Translations under genes and position numbers: made by a program | NCBI GenBank assembly: GCA_963788195.1 | Contig: CAWBGA010000008.1 | Location: 1-64,000, forward strand | Length of the DNA: 64,000 bases | Origin: Nitrospirota bacterium | GTDB lineage: Bacteria > Nitrospirota > Nitrospiria > Nitrospirales > NS-4 | Direction: 5' to 3' | Shown here: piece by piece, positions 10,012-20,506 of the stretch | Position numbering within the stretch: the first letter of the stretch is position 1 | How the letters are laid out: each line of letters starts with the position of its first letter | Notes under the pieces: model-generated | The model's input: only the letters and a program-made list of their open reading frames with translations | Told to the model about the DNA's origin: nothing | Database searches by the model: none

Positions 10012-11376
10012 ATGACATCTGAACGCATTCTTGTCCTTGACGATGATCTAGGGTTACTTCATCTCCTCCGCCTACGGCTGACGGCAATGGGATTTGAAGT
10101 CGTGCCTTGCGCGACCGGTGAAGAGGCCCTGCGCGAAGCCCGCAGCGAAGTCTTCGACCTGGCGATCACTGATTTACGTCTCGCTGCTCAGTGTGGCTTG
10201 GATGTCATGGACGAGCTTCTACTGATCCATCCAACTCTGCCCGTGCTAATTCTGACCGCTCACGGGAGTATCCCGAACGCAGTCGAAGCGATGCAGAGAG
10301 GAGCGTTCGGTTACCTCACCAAACCGTTCGACGATAACGAACTGAGCGCCTCAATTGAAAAAGCACTGACCCAACAGCGTATGCGTCGTGAAATCCGGCG
10401 GCTGAAGGTGTTAGTCAAAGAACTATATGGGCTGGAAAACGTCATTGCGGTGAGCGGCGCCATGCAGACTTTATTTGAACAGGTGGTGCAGGTCGCGGAT
10501 ACGAATGCCACGATCTGCATCGCCGGCGAAACCGGCTCCGGCAAGGAAGTTATTGCGCGGGTGATTCACTGCAACAGCCGACGGGCTCGTGAACCCTTCG
10601 TCGCAATCAATTGCGGAGCCATCCCGGAAGCGTTGTTCGAAAGCGAGCTCTTTGGTCACGTTAAAGGAGCGTTCACGGGGGCCTATGAGTCGAAGCCGGG
10701 ACTGTTCCAGGCGGCCCATGGCGGCACACTTTTCTTTGACGAAATCGGCGAGATGCCAGTATCGATGCAGGGCAAGCTCCTACGAGCCCTTCAGGAACGC
10801 GAAGTGACTCCCGTAGGCACGGCCCATGCCGTAAAGGTGAATGTGCGCATTATTGCGGCAACAAATAAGGATTTGGGCGAGTTGGTGAAAAAGGGCGCGT
10901 TTCGGGAGGACCTGTACTATCGCATTCAGGTCGTGCCGTTGACGGTGCCGCCGCTGCGGGACCGACGCGCCGACATCCCCCTGCTCGCCCAGCATTTTCT
11001 TAAGCTGAACGCCGAACGGATGAACAAGGACATTCAAGGTTTCCTCCCTGACGCAATGCAGAAACTGATGCTGGCTCCCTGGAGGGGCAATGTGCGAGAA
11101 CTCGAAAACACGATCGAAAAGGCCGTGGTGATGGCTACTGAGGATACGATTACCGCCGATCTCATCAGCTATATGGAGAATACACCCGAAGGGCGCTTAA
11201 AGCCCCTAACAGAGGCTAAAGAGGAATTCGAACGCGGGTACCTTAAGGATGTCCTCGGATTCACCCGCGGAAATATTTCGCGCGCAGCATTGATCGCCGG
11301 CCGATATCGCGCCGACTTCTATAAGCTGCTGAAGAAATACCGTTTGCATCCTGCCGATGCCAAGAGCTTGAAATGA
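10012..11376 (+). CDS. sigma54-dependent response regulator, GlrR/QseF-like
   Basis: REC (ITDLRL), GETGSGKE, GAFTGA, C-terminal GNISRAALIAGRYRADFYKLLKKY resembling the GlrR HTH. Confidence 0.9.
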   Translation: MTSERILVLDDDLGLLHLLRLRLTAMGFEVVPCATGEEALREARSEVFDLAITDLRLAAQCGLDVMDELLLIHPTLPVLILTAHGSIPNAVEAMQRGAFGYLTKPFDDNELSASIEKALTQQRMRREIRRLKVLVKELYGLENVIAVSGAMQTLFEQVVQVADTNATICIAGETGSGKEVIARVIHCNSRRAREPFVAINCGAIPEALFESELFGHVKGAFTGAYESKPGLFQAAHGGTLFFDEIGEMPVSMQGKLLRALQEREVTPVGTAHAVKVNVRIIAATNKDLGELVKKGAFREDLYYRIQVVPLTVPPLRDRRADIPLLAQHFLKLNAERMNKDIQGFLPDAMQKLMLAPWRGNVRELENTIEKAVVMATEDTITADLISYMENTPEGRLKPLTEAKEEFERGYLKDVLGFTRGNISRAALIAGRYRADFYKLLKKYRLHPADAKSLK

Positions 11377-11377
11377 C

Positions 11378-11998
11378 CTAGCCGCCCGCAGCGGCCCGTG
11401 GCGAAGTCAACAGTGTGCGGATGCCGGCCCACAGGGCATCCTTCCCCTCCCCTGTCACCGCCGAGCATCCTAGCACCGGTACGCCAAGAAAATCTTCGAG
11501 CCTTCGCAGGGCGTCCGGCCGTTGTCCACGAGACAGTTTGTCGATCTTGGTCGCCACCGCGAGAACCCGCACTCCCACTTGATCTGCCCACCGAATCAAT
11601 TGGAGTTCTTCCTCCTCTCCCCGTCTAATGTCAGTGAGCATGACAACCCCCTGCAGAGAACGACGCCCTTCGATGTAGCCTTCGATCATCGGTCCCCACT
11701 GGTCGTGTACCGCCTTCGATACCTTCGCATAGCCATATCCGGGCAAATCAACAAAAAGAAATTCGCCGACCTGAGCATGCGACCCTCTCGTCGGCACCAC
11801 ACGAAAAAAATTCAAGAGGCGCGTCCGTCCAGGCGTTTGACTGACTCGCGCTAGGCCTTTACGTTCGAGTAGTGTATTCAGAAGGGAGGACTTACCCACG
11901 TTTGAACGGCCGGCGAAAGCGATCTCCGGGAGCGCACCTGCGGGAAATTGCGAAGGCTGCGTCGCGCTGGTCAGGAATTCAGCGGTCAGGATTTTCAT
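11378..11998 (-). CDS. engB: Ribosome biogenesis GTPase YihA/YsxC
   Basis: PEIAFAGRSNVGKSS, DLPGYGYAKV, TKIDK. Confidence 0.95.
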   Translation of the reverse strand: MKILTAEFLTSATQPSQFPAGALPEIAFAGRSNVGKSSLLNTLLERKGLARVSQTPGRTRLLNFFRVVPTRGSHAQVGEFLFVDLPGYGYAKVSKAVHDQWGPMIEGYIEGRRSLQGVVMLTDIRRGEEEELQLIRWADQVGVRVLAVATKIDKLSRGQRPDALRRLEDFLGVPVLGCSAVTGEGKDALWAGIRTLLTSPRAAAGG

Positions 11999-12034
11999 GA
12001 GCGGAGCGGAGAAGAAATCGGGTCAGACTCTTTT

Positions 12035-12610
12035 CTAATTGAGCAGTCGACGGACCTGTTGATATTGCGGATCTTGCAGACGATCCAAGTCGCCCCGGAT
12101 ATACCCCAGACCCAATACGCACAGCTCGAAATTTTCGGCTAGCTTACGAAATAGCGGCGGCGATGGCTGCGGCTCCGCAGCCTCGGGAAGGTCACCGAAG
12201 TCCGCCACCATCCGATAGGAACGTTTGCCGGTCTTGATATAATCGATGAGGAAGTCCTTGTGATAGACAAGGCCGGCGGTCTTGATCCGTTTTAGGTATT
12301 CGGGGAAGAGCCCCGCCATAAACAGCGTGAAGTCACCGATATGCCGATGCACCTCGCGCTCCCGCTCGAACGACCCTGCCTCCAGCGTAACCTCTGATTC
12401 ATAGAGCAACTCCACCACGGCTTCCATCGAAGCGCCGCGGCTGTTCTTAATCCGATAGAGTTGATCGCTGCGAGTAAAGTCAACGAGAAGGGTTGAAACG
12501 TATTCTGTCACGTTGAAGTCAGGCCACCCCAGCTTCTCTGCAAAGACTTTCTCGGCAAGCCCGCCGAATAATTGTCGTAAGGGATGATGTTCCGGGATTT
12601 GTGCGTCCAT
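12035..12610 (-). CDS. Hypothetical protein
   Basis: Long helical ORF (REVHRHIGDFTLFMAGLFPE); start chosen at ATG 12610. Confidence 0.8.
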   Translation of the reverse strand: MDAQIPEHHPLRQLFGGLAEKVFAEKLGWPDFNVTEYVSTLLVDFTRSDQLYRIKNSRGASMEAVVELLYESEVTLEAGSFEREREVHRHIGDFTLFMAGLFPEYLKRIKTAGLVYHKDFLIDYIKTGKRSYRMVADFGDLPEAAEPQPSPPLFRKLAENFELCVLGLGYIRGDLDRLQDPQYQQVRRLLN

Positions 12611-12749
12611 TAATGCACCCACTTGACCACGAAACTCTGTTACGGAGTATATAAGGGGACCCTCATCGTTGCAATCTTGGCCTATCCCTCTCTTGTATGT
12701 ATCGGAATACTAGAAGCCAAAACTTGAGTTTAGGGTCGCTTCCCGTCAA

Positions 12750-13211
12750 TTAGGACCCCTTGAGAGCTTCTTTGCTGTCCAACACGAAGGTCACGGGGCC
12801 ATCGTTTACCAACTCGATCCCCATGTGCGCCCCGAAAATACCGGTCTCTATCGTCAGATCAGTACCCGCGCGCAACTGTGTCACAAATTGCTCATACAGC
12901 CGACGGGCGGTCACGGGGTCAGCCGCCTGATCAAACCCCGGGCGGCGCCCTTTGCGCGTGTCGCCCAGCAATGTAAACTGTGAAATAGCGAGGACCCCCC
13001 CAGCGATCTCCGCCAACGATCGATTCATCTTGCCTTTTTCATCATTAAAGATGCGCAGCGCCGGTATTTTTTCACAGAGGTACATGACATCCTTCTCTGT
13101 GTCTCCCTTTGCGACCCCGAGCAAAATAACCAAACCGGTCCGAATCTGGCCGACGATCTTTCCGTCGACCTCCACCGAGGCTGTCGTGACCCGTTGGATG
13201 ACGGCTTTCAT
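12750..13211 (-). CDS. dtd: D-aminoacyl-tRNA deacylase
   Basis: [24 protein letters not shown]. Confidence 0.97.
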   Translation of the reverse strand: MKAVIQRVTTASVEVDGKIVGQIRTGLVILLGVAKGDTEKDVMYLCEKIPALRIFNDEKGKMNRSLAEIAGGVLAISQFTLLGDTRKGRRPGFDQAADPVTARRLYEQFVTQLRAGTDLTIETGIFGAHMGIELVNDGPVTFVLDSKEALKGS

Positions 13212-13255
13212 TTTCGTTCAGGGCTCGCGCGTGCTCACTGCCTGGATCCGCAAAG

Positions 13256-13795
13256 TCATCTGTCTCGCACCTTTTCACCGAGGACGCCTTCCAAACGCAA
13301 CAACCGCTTCTTTGCCGCAAGCCCCCCTGAGAATCCGCCCAGCGAACCGTCCCCTCCCACCACCCGGTGGCAGGGCACAATGAGTGGTATCGGGTTATCC
13401 CCGCAAGCCCCGCCGACTGCTCTGGCAGCAAGGGGGGTTCCAAGTTTGCGAGCAACCCAGCCATACGAGCGGACACGGCCATAGGGGATAGTCCGGAGAA
13501 CCCCCCACACTTTGCGGCGAAACAATGGCTGCCCGTCGAGGTCCAGTGGGATATCCAGTATCTGCTGCTTTCCGGCAAAGTAAGTGCGGATCGCTTTCCG
13601 GACAGTTTTGAGATGTTGCGTCGCGAGGCCTTCCACCCTTCCCTCTTCGTCTGCAGAAGATAATTTGTGACATGCCGCAAATTCACGCTCCACCGCGGCA
13701 CGACTTCGCCTTGGCAGTACCGTCTTCGCCACGCCGCGAGCTGTGGCCCCAACACCCATCCATCCCCACTCCGTCTTAAAAATAGCAATTTTCAT
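13256..13795 (-). CDS. ogt: Methylated-DNA--protein-cysteine methyltransferase
   Basis: IPYG...ARAVG...NPIPLIVPCHRV active-site motif. Confidence 0.93.
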   Translation of the reverse strand: MKIAIFKTEWGWMGVGATARGVAKTVLPRRSRAAVEREFAACHKLSSADEEGRVEGLATQHLKTVRKAIRTYFAGKQQILDIPLDLDGQPLFRRKVWGVLRTIPYGRVRSYGWVARKLGTPLAARAVGGACGDNPIPLIVPCHRVVGGDGSLGGFSGGLAAKKRLLRLEGVLGEKVRDR

Positions 13796-13813
13796 CCGAT
13801 CTTCCTGCCTTTC

Positions 13814-15391
13814 TTAATGCATCGCCCTACCCATCTTACGCTTCACCAATGCCCATAAGAACTCCATTTCACTCGATCCCAGCAAGGTGTGCACCGTGAC
13901 ATACCCCGCAACACTCAAGCCGATGCCGACGACAAGCATGACGGACTTGGCAATCCACGCGTCCGGTTGGCTCCAGACGGCAAGCGATCCGACCCATAAG
14001 CCGGCGACAACGATAGGCGTTGACGCCAGTATCACCCGCAGGTGGCTCTGCAGGATTGTCCTCCAGTTAAGTGCCTTGAGTCGCTTGGACAGCAGCATTA
14101 CCAGTAATCCCATATTCACCATGGCCGACAGCGCCGTCGCCAGCGCGAGTCCGGCATGGGCAAACGGTCCCATTAATATGAGCGACAGCAGAAGGTTCCC
14201 GGCAAGCGCGATTGCCGCCACCATGACCGGAGTCCTCGTGTCCTGGAGGGCATAGAACGCGGCCACCACGATCCGCACGCCTGCAAAGGCCCACAGTCCC
14301 ACGGCGTATCCGAGTACCGCGGAAGCTGTCCCCGCGGTATCCGCCTGAGAGAAGCGTCCGTGTTCAAAAAACAGATGCACGATTGGGATGCGCAAAAGGA
14401 TCAGTCCGACCATCGCCGGAAAGATGATGAAGAAGATCAAACGCAGGCCGAACCCCAGGGTCTCTCGAAGCTCATCGAGATCACCTTCCGCCGCGTGCGT
14501 GGCCAGAGCCGGCAGTACCGCCGTCGCGAGCGCGACGCCGAAGATGCCCAGCGGAAACTGGATGAGTCGCATACCGTAGAACAGATAGGTAGGGCCTCCG
14601 GCAAAGTATGAAGCCAGGATCGTGCCGACGAGAAGATTGATTTGCGTCACGGACAGGCCGATCAAGGCCGGCGCCATCAGCCAGCCGATCCGGCGGACTC
14701 CCTCATGGCGCATGTGGAATCGCCAACTAAAGAGAAATTTCGCTTTCTGCAACGCCGGAAGCTGGATGAGAAACTGGGCCAGGCCGCCTGCGACCACCCC
14801 GTAGGCGATTGCCAAGATGGGTTGCGAAACCCGCGGCGCAACCAGCATCGCCGATGCAATGATGGCGACGTTGAACAGGACCGGGGAGAACGCCGGCGCC
14901 GCGAAGCTTCGAATTGAGTTGAGCACGCCCATCGCGAGCGCAGCCAACCCGATAAACAACAGATACGGGAACATGATCTGCGTCAGCAGAGTGGTGAGTG
15001 CGAGCTTTTCGGGGTCATTACCGAATCCCGGGGCGATCAGAGGGACGATCCACGGTGCGGTCAGGATGCCGATCAGGCAGACGCCTGTGAGAATCGTCAC
15101 CAGAGTGGTGAAGGCTGCGCTAGCCAATTCCCAAGCATCCTGGTGAGAGCGGCGGGCCAGGTATTCACTAAACACAGGAATAAAGGCCGCAGACATCGAC
15201 CCTTCGGCAAACAACTCCCGCAGCAGGCTAGGGATACGGTAGGCGACGAAGAAGGCATCGGCCGCGGATCCAGCTCCGAACAGCCGCGCAAGGACGATGT
15301 CGCGGATGAAGCCGAGGATACGGCTGGAGAAAGTAGCTATCCCGATGACGCCCGCAGACTTGACGAGCTGCTTGCGCCCTTCGCCGTCCAC
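13814..15391 (-). CDS. murJ: Lipid II flippase MurJ (MviN)
   Basis: SRILGFIRD, DAFFVAYRIPSLLRELFAEG, many TM helices. Confidence 0.96.
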   Translation of the reverse strand: MDGEGRKQLVKSAGVIGIATFSSRILGFIRDIVLARLFGAGSAADAFFVAYRIPSLLRELFAEGSMSAAFIPVFSEYLARRSHQDAWELASAAFTTLVTILTGVCLIGILTAPWIVPLIAPGFGNDPEKLALTTLLTQIMFPYLLFIGLAALAMGVLNSIRSFAAPAFSPVLFNVAIIASAMLVAPRVSQPILAIAYGVVAGGLAQFLIQLPALQKAKFLFSWRFHMRHEGVRRIGWLMAPALIGLSVTQINLLVGTILASYFAGGPTYLFYGMRLIQFPLGIFGVALATAVLPALATHAAEGDLDELRETLGFGLRLIFFIIFPAMVGLILLRIPIVHLFFEHGRFSQADTAGTASAVLGYAVGLWAFAGVRIVVAAFYALQDTRTPVMVAAIALAGNLLLSLILMGPFAHAGLALATALSAMVNMGLLVMLLSKRLKALNWRTILQSHLRVILASTPIVVAGLWVGSLAVWSQPDAWIAKSVMLVVGIGLSVAGYVTVHTLLGSSEMEFLWALVKRKMGRAMH

Positions 15392-15395
15392 TCGA

Positions 15396-16409
15396 TCAGC
15401 CGGCGGACCGACCGGCGGCCTGCAACCGCTCTAACACGGCTGCTGCGAGCAGGGGGAACATGATCTCGTGATGTCCTATCAGCACATGGCCCCTGCCGCC
15501 TTTTTGCGTGGGGCGCTCCACCACATTGATTTGAGGCCGATAATGCGGGAGGAAGTCCATATTAACGGTGGTAAGGCGGTTGACGGCATAACCGAGGTTG
15601 CGCGCCAGCGTCAGCGCTTTGAGAAATACCTCGGGCATAATGACCGCCGAGCCGAGGTTCAGGTAGACGCCGCCGTCAAGCCCCGCGACGACCGACGCGA
15701 ATGTGCGGAAGTCCCGAAGTGACCCTTCGCCCAATGCGGCGCCGTCGACCGAGGGATGCATGTGAATGATATCGGTCCCGATGGCCACATGGACTGTTAC
15801 GGGAATACCGGCACGGACTCCTGCGGCAAGCAAACTGGTTCTTCTGTTCGGAAACCGCTGCTCTTCGATCCATGTCCCCACGGCCTCACCGATCCCCATA
15901 CCCTTTTGTATGCCGCCGATGATTGCCTGATTGATGAACCGGCCCGTCTCCTCCGCCATACCAAAGCGGCCGGTGTCGATTTCCGCCCCCACTTCTTCCG
16001 AAGTCTGCCCTATAAGGGCCAACTCGAAGTCATGAATGATCACCGCTCCGTTCACAGCCAGCGCTGTCACGACGCCGCGTTCTATAAGATCGACGAGAAT
16101 CGCGTTCAGGCCGACCTTCGTAGGATGAGCGCCCATCCCGACGACCACCGCTTTGCCGTGGAGTCGGGCCTTTGCAATCTCCTCCGCAACCTCGTTGAAG
16201 GTCCGCGCGGCCAGGATGTCAGGCAGTCCGGCTAGAAAACGGCTCAAGCGCCCGCCGGTTCGCCACGGTTTTGCGGACGCAGGCAGCTGCACTTTGCTAT
16301 GTCGTGTCGACAACGGATAGGTCTTGATCTTCTGGAGAGCGAGCGGCTTGATCAATGGAGCGCGGAAGCGTGCAGCCTGCGGTTCCTTGCGTCCCCTACT
16401 CTTTGCCAA
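15396..16409 (-). CDS. Uncharacterised protein with deoxyhypusine-synthase-like motifs
   Basis: GMGAHPTKVG, NGAVIIHD, PVTVHVAIGTDI, LNLGSAVIMPEVFLK; start estimated at TTG 16409 overlapping the gmhA end. Confidence 0.7.
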   Translation of the reverse strand: MAKSRGRKEPQAARFRAPLIKPLALQKIKTYPLSTRHSKVQLPASAKPWRTGGRLSRFLAGLPDILAARTFNEVAEEIAKARLHGKAVVVGMGAHPTKVGLNAILVDLIERGVVTALAVNGAVIIHDFELALIGQTSEEVGAEIDTGRFGMAEETGRFINQAIIGGIQKGMGIGEAVGTWIEEQRFPNRRTSLLAAGVRAGIPVTVHVAIGTDIIHMHPSVDGAALGEGSLRDFRTFASVVAGLDGGVYLNLGSAVIMPEVFLKALTLARNLGYAVNRLTTVNMDFLPHYRPQINVVERPTQKGGRGHVLIGHHEIMFPLLAAAVLERLQAAGRSAG

Positions 16410-16971
16410 GCAGCGCCTCGTCAACCAATTCGCACAGCACATGCCCCAGCGTAATATGTGTTTCCTGAATACGGGCGACAACGGTTGAAGGGACGACAAA
16501 GAGGTGGTCCACAAGCGCACTGAGCTTCCCGCCCGAGCCTCCCGTCCAGCCGATCGTGATCATCCCAATATCTCGGGCGGTCTCAAGCGCCTTCAGCACG
16601 TTGGGCGAGTTTCCGCTTGTGCTGATGCCAATCGCGACGTCGCCCGGGCGTCCGAGCGCGGTAATCTGCCTGGCGAAGATCTCCGAGAAGTCATAGTCGT
16701 TGGCGATGCAGGTCAGTTTCGCCTGATCGGACGTAAGCGCAATGGCAGCGAGCGGATGCCGATCGCGTCGGTAGCGGCCGACAAACTCGGCGGCCATATG
16801 CAGGGCGTCCATTGCGCTGCCACCGTTGCCGAATAACAGAAGCTTGTTGCCACGGCGGAACATATCCGCCAGCACGGCCGCGACCTGCTGAATTTGGTCC
16901 GCGTGCTCAGTAGCGAACTTCACCTTTATTTCGGCGCTGTCCTGAAACCAGCGCTGAATTTGCGCCCTCAT
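16396..16971 (-). CDS. gmhA: Phosphoheptose (sedoheptulose-7-phosphate) isomerase
   Basis: FGNGGSA, ANDYDF, STSGNSPN, RIQETH; GGAGG before ATG 16971. Confidence 0.95.
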   Translation of the reverse strand: MRAQIQRWFQDSAEIKVKFATEHADQIQQVAAVLADMFRRGNKLLLFGNGGSAMDALHMAAEFVGRYRRDRHPLAAIALTSDQAKLTCIANDYDFSEIFARQITALGRPGDVAIGISTSGNSPNVLKALETARDIGMITIGWTGGSGGKLSALVDHLFVVPSTVVARIQETHITLGHVLCELVDEALLGKE

Positions 16972-17093
16972 CAGACCTCCGGATTGGTTGCTGATTGTAG
17001 GAGAGGGTGGAAGGGCTGTCAAGGAATGAGCAGCCCCTTGATCGCGGTTGTATTGCCGATAACTAACGCTGCAGCGAGAAGTTCAGGTAGTGA

Positions 17094-18806
17094 TCATCGG
17101 GATGTCCGCCTCGCAGGAGACTCTCCCGCCAGAAACGCTTCAAATCGCGAGGGACTAAATTCAATGTCCGCGCGACGCCAGGCCCGCCGGAAGCGATCTT
17201 CGACGGCTGCCGCGTCCGCGTCCTTCTGCCGCGCACGCAAACTCTGATTCAGACCGAACAGCGACCAAGGGTTCTCAGGTGTGTGTCGCAGGTCCTCACG
17301 AAAGACGGCCTCGGCGTCCGCCGGCCGCCCTGCAGCGAGGAGCAAACTCCCAAGGGATTGGCGGGCGGGATAGTACCAATCTGGCGGCTCATAATAGCGT
17401 AGCTGCCCCTGAAGCCGTACTGCCTCCTGGAACTGTCGGATCGCCACATCGGTCTGTCCCTGCCGGGCGCTGATTTGCCCGCTCAAGGTCTGCAACGCAA
17501 TCTCAAGGATAGTTTTTGCGGAATTATTGCCGACGATCCGGTCGGCGGGCATCACATCGACAGCTCGCTGGACCTCGCGCTGTTCGTCTTGGGCCCGATC
17601 CAACCGCCCTTTGGCAGCGAAGGCAAGGCCCCGAGCGTAGTGCCACAGGGCCGTGCTGTAATTGAGATCGAACGGAGGCGGGGGCTCACGCAGGATATCG
17701 TCCCATCGCCCAAAGCGGGCAAGCGCGAAGAGTGGCGTCGGGACAAATGATTCCATATTGGGCATGGCCCTTACCGCTTCGAGGCTAGTTGCGTCCATGA
17801 GGTCACGGGCGGTTTGTATCGCTTCCGCGCTACGACCCTGCATGGTCAATGCCATCCAAAGGAAGTGGATGTTATGCGGATAATAGCCGAGGGGATACGC
17901 GCCCGAGGGTGTTCGGCCCTCAAGGTAATGACGATCCGTCGCGATAGCATGGACATTGCTCTCGGTGGCCGCCTCATACATGCCGACACGGATGTAGATG
18001 TGGGCCGGCATGTGCACCAAATGGCCGGCGCCTGGCATAAGCGACGCAAGGCGTTGCGCGCAAGGAAGGGCGCGCTCAGGATGCAGCGACGCTTCAACGG
18101 CGTGAATGTAGTAATGGCACGCGCCGGGATGGTTGGGGTCGCGAGTCAGAACCCCTTCCAGCACCTCCACAATTTCTGGGGTCTCCGGCTGGGGCCGGCC
18201 GTCATTCGTCCAGAAATCCCAGGGTCGCAAATCCATCAAGGATTCCGCAAACAACGTCGCGGCATTTAGATCATCCGGGTATTTTCGGGACATGGCGCGC
18301 ATCGCATCGGCGTACGTCCGATCCATCGCCTTCCGATCCGCCTCCGGAGCTACGGAGTACCGCACCGTCAGAGCATCAATGTAGTCGCGCTCGCGTGGCG
18401 TCACATGAGCCACATGGGCGCGGGCCTTCTGTAGAGCCTCGTAGGCGCGCCGTTCCTGTTGGCGGTCCATCGGGGCATTGATGTTAGGACCAAGGGCCAA
18501 GGCAGTTCCCCAGTACGCCATTGCCGCATCTGGATCGAGCCGGGCCGCCTCTTCGAAGGAACGGATCGCCTCCTCATGATTGAACGCGAAGACCAACCGT
18601 ATTCCTTGGTCGAAGTAGCGCTGAGCGAGGGGTTCGGTAGTCGTGATCGGATGTTGTAGAGAGCCAAGGTTGTCGTACAGCGGCTCTGAAGTCGCCCGGG
18701 GCTTGGTCCGCGGACTTTCGGAAGTGGTGCATGAAAGAGGGCCCCAAAACGCCAGCGTCAGCACAGCCGCGACCGAGAAGGTTCTCACCCAGAGCGCTGT
18801 CATCAT
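17094..18806 (-). CDS. Exported TPR-like protein, probable lipoprotein, with His-rich motifs
   Basis: PLSC lipobox-like; AQRYFDQG...FNHEEA; HPGACHYYIH; HLVHMPAH; TPR-like C-terminus; AGGGG before ATG 18806. Confidence 0.8.
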   Translation of the reverse strand: MMTALWVRTFSVAAVLTLAFWGPLSCTTSESPRTKPRATSEPLYDNLGSLQHPITTTEPLAQRYFDQGIRLVFAFNHEEAIRSFEEAARLDPDAAMAYWGTALALGPNINAPMDRQQERRAYEALQKARAHVAHVTPRERDYIDALTVRYSVAPEADRKAMDRTYADAMRAMSRKYPDDLNAATLFAESLMDLRPWDFWTNDGRPQPETPEIVEVLEGVLTRDPNHPGACHYYIHAVEASLHPERALPCAQRLASLMPGAGHLVHMPAHIYIRVGMYEAATESNVHAIATDRHYLEGRTPSGAYPLGYYPHNIHFLWMALTMQGRSAEAIQTARDLMDATSLEAVRAMPNMESFVPTPLFALARFGRWDDILREPPPPFDLNYSTALWHYARGLAFAAKGRLDRAQDEQREVQRAVDVMPADRIVGNNSAKTILEIALQTLSGQISARQGQTDVAIRQFQEAVRLQGQLRYYEPPDWYYPARQSLGSLLLAAGRPADAEAVFREDLRHTPENPWSLFGLNQSLRARQKDADAAAVEDRFRRAWRRADIEFSPSRFEAFLAGESPARRTSR

Positions 18807-18972
18807 ATAGTCCCCTGATAAGGTTTGTGCCTTCTTTTTAAACACCATCGGGCATGCCTGGCAAGACCTGCAATGTCCCTAAGTATAACGTGAAGACAAC
18901 TGCGGGGTGATCGGACAGAAGCAAATGCGGATCAATGAGAATAGTGTCGCGGCGAGTGAACGCCCCGTCGTG

Positions 18973-19693
18973 TCAATTCACTCGAGGGCTTCGTTTTATT
19001 GGCGGGCTTGAGGCTGGAGTTTGAGATTGCGCTACGGGAGGGCTAATCCCCTTTGAATTGTCACGAAAATGTCTAGAGCGGTTCGGCGACATCGATTTGG
19101 GCAGTGTGGGGGCACTTGCCCGAGCCGGGGTTTCACGAAAATGCCTGGGCTCAGCCGGCATCGGTGAAACCGATGGAGCTAGGCTCCGCGGAACTGACTG
19201 TCGGAATAGAGGTATGCGATGCTTAGTGTCGTGTTTCGTCCTGGGTCGGCCCTCAAAATCACGGAGGTGCCTAGGTCGTAAGGGACGGATTCCGTAGAAC
19301 CCCGGCGTATAGGTATAGGTCCAGGTGTAAATCCGATTCTCCTCGGTACTCCAGAAGCTATTCTCGAGGGAATTATAATTTTCACGCGCATTCGACGAGG
19401 CGACGGTCTGCTCGTCTTCTATGCTCGGCGATCTGTGCCTCTGGCTGATCAAGTTCTTGGTTTTCGTCGGCGGCCTCCGATGTAGGCGGGTCTGGCCAGA
19501 TTCTCGGTGGCAGATAAATCAATTCGTTCACAGGCTCGAATTTCTGGCAGCCTGCCTCTTGAGGCCCATTGGTATACAGCGTGGTTCCATTCGGCTGTGC
19601 ACAAACCCAGACTTCGGCTTCAGAGACACGCACGGTGAAGAAGGTCAGGACCAGGGTTAAGAATACGCTGGTAATGGCTGTATACGTGTTCAC
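18973..19693 (-). CDS. Secreted DUF4124-like protein split by a probable frameshift (~19400-19450)
   Basis: GTG with GGAGG, signal peptide, EVWVC..NGTTLYTN motif in ORF 19382-19693; Pro-rich continuation in overlapping ORF 18973-19452. Confidence 0.55.
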
Positions 19694-19833
19694 ACCTCCA
19701 AGCAGAGAGTTTGGGAGGTTACATCTCTATCCCCATAGACGGAAGTTACAGTCAAAAGGTTACAAAGGAGAACGCAGGGACTTATATCTTCTTGAGATGA
19801 TTGCCTATGCCTGCGCCACGATGAATGTGGATT

Positions 19834-20451
19834 TCATGCATCCTTAGCGAGGGCTTTACGCATCGCCTTCTTCGCGCCTGTCTTAACCGGACTCCCATGG
19901 TTTGGACACAGGACTCTAAACCGCAGATCCAATAGACGTCTCACGCTTCTCCGTGTCCCTTTCGGATCATCCTGGTATTCGTCGGCCACGAAGCCCAAGC
20001 CCCGGCCTTTGCTATTCGTGAGCAGGTCTGCGCAGAACACCACACCTCCATTTCTGCGTAACAAGAACGAATAATGCGCATCAGTCGGTCCCGGTGAGTG
20101 AACAGCCTGCAAACCGCCCGGCAAACGATCGCCCGGGCGATAGCGCCGATTCGGCGGTCTGTCGAAATCGACGGCGCCCTTCGGAGCATACACAGGGACC
20201 TTGAAACGGCGGCGATATCGGGACGCGGCACGCTCATGGCACGACGCGGTCAGGCAGATAGCTTCAACCTCGCCCAGCTTCTTGAGGTCTTGGTTGTCCA
20301 TCGGGAGAGGATCAATCAGCACTATCCGACGGTTCGTCACTATCACATAGCAATCACTTTCCGAATCGATCCGGTTGTCGTGCATGGTAAAGCGGTGGAC
20401 ACCCGGCGCGACCTCCCCGGCCATTCTCGCAATCCCTTTGGGCGCAGGCAC
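19834..20451 (-). CDS. Metallo-beta-lactamase-fold protein (degenerate metal motif)
   Basis: VLIDP, TASCHER in place of HxHxDH, PGPT, FCAD, CPNHG. Confidence 0.75.
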   Translation of the reverse strand: MPAPKGIARMAGEVAPGVHRFTMHDNRIDSESDCYVIVTNRRIVLIDPLPMDNQDLKKLGEVEAICLTASCHERAASRYRRRFKVPVYAPKGAVDFDRPPNRRYRPGDRLPGGLQAVHSPGPTDAHYSFLLRRNGGVVFCADLLTNSKGRGLGFVADEYQDDPKGTRRSVRRLLDLRFRVLCPNHGSPVKTGAKKAMRKALAKDA

Positions 20452-20506
20452 ACAACCTCCCTAAAGAGTTGTTGCTGAGGCTATGCTCCTGCGAGGTCTG
20501 TTTTCA

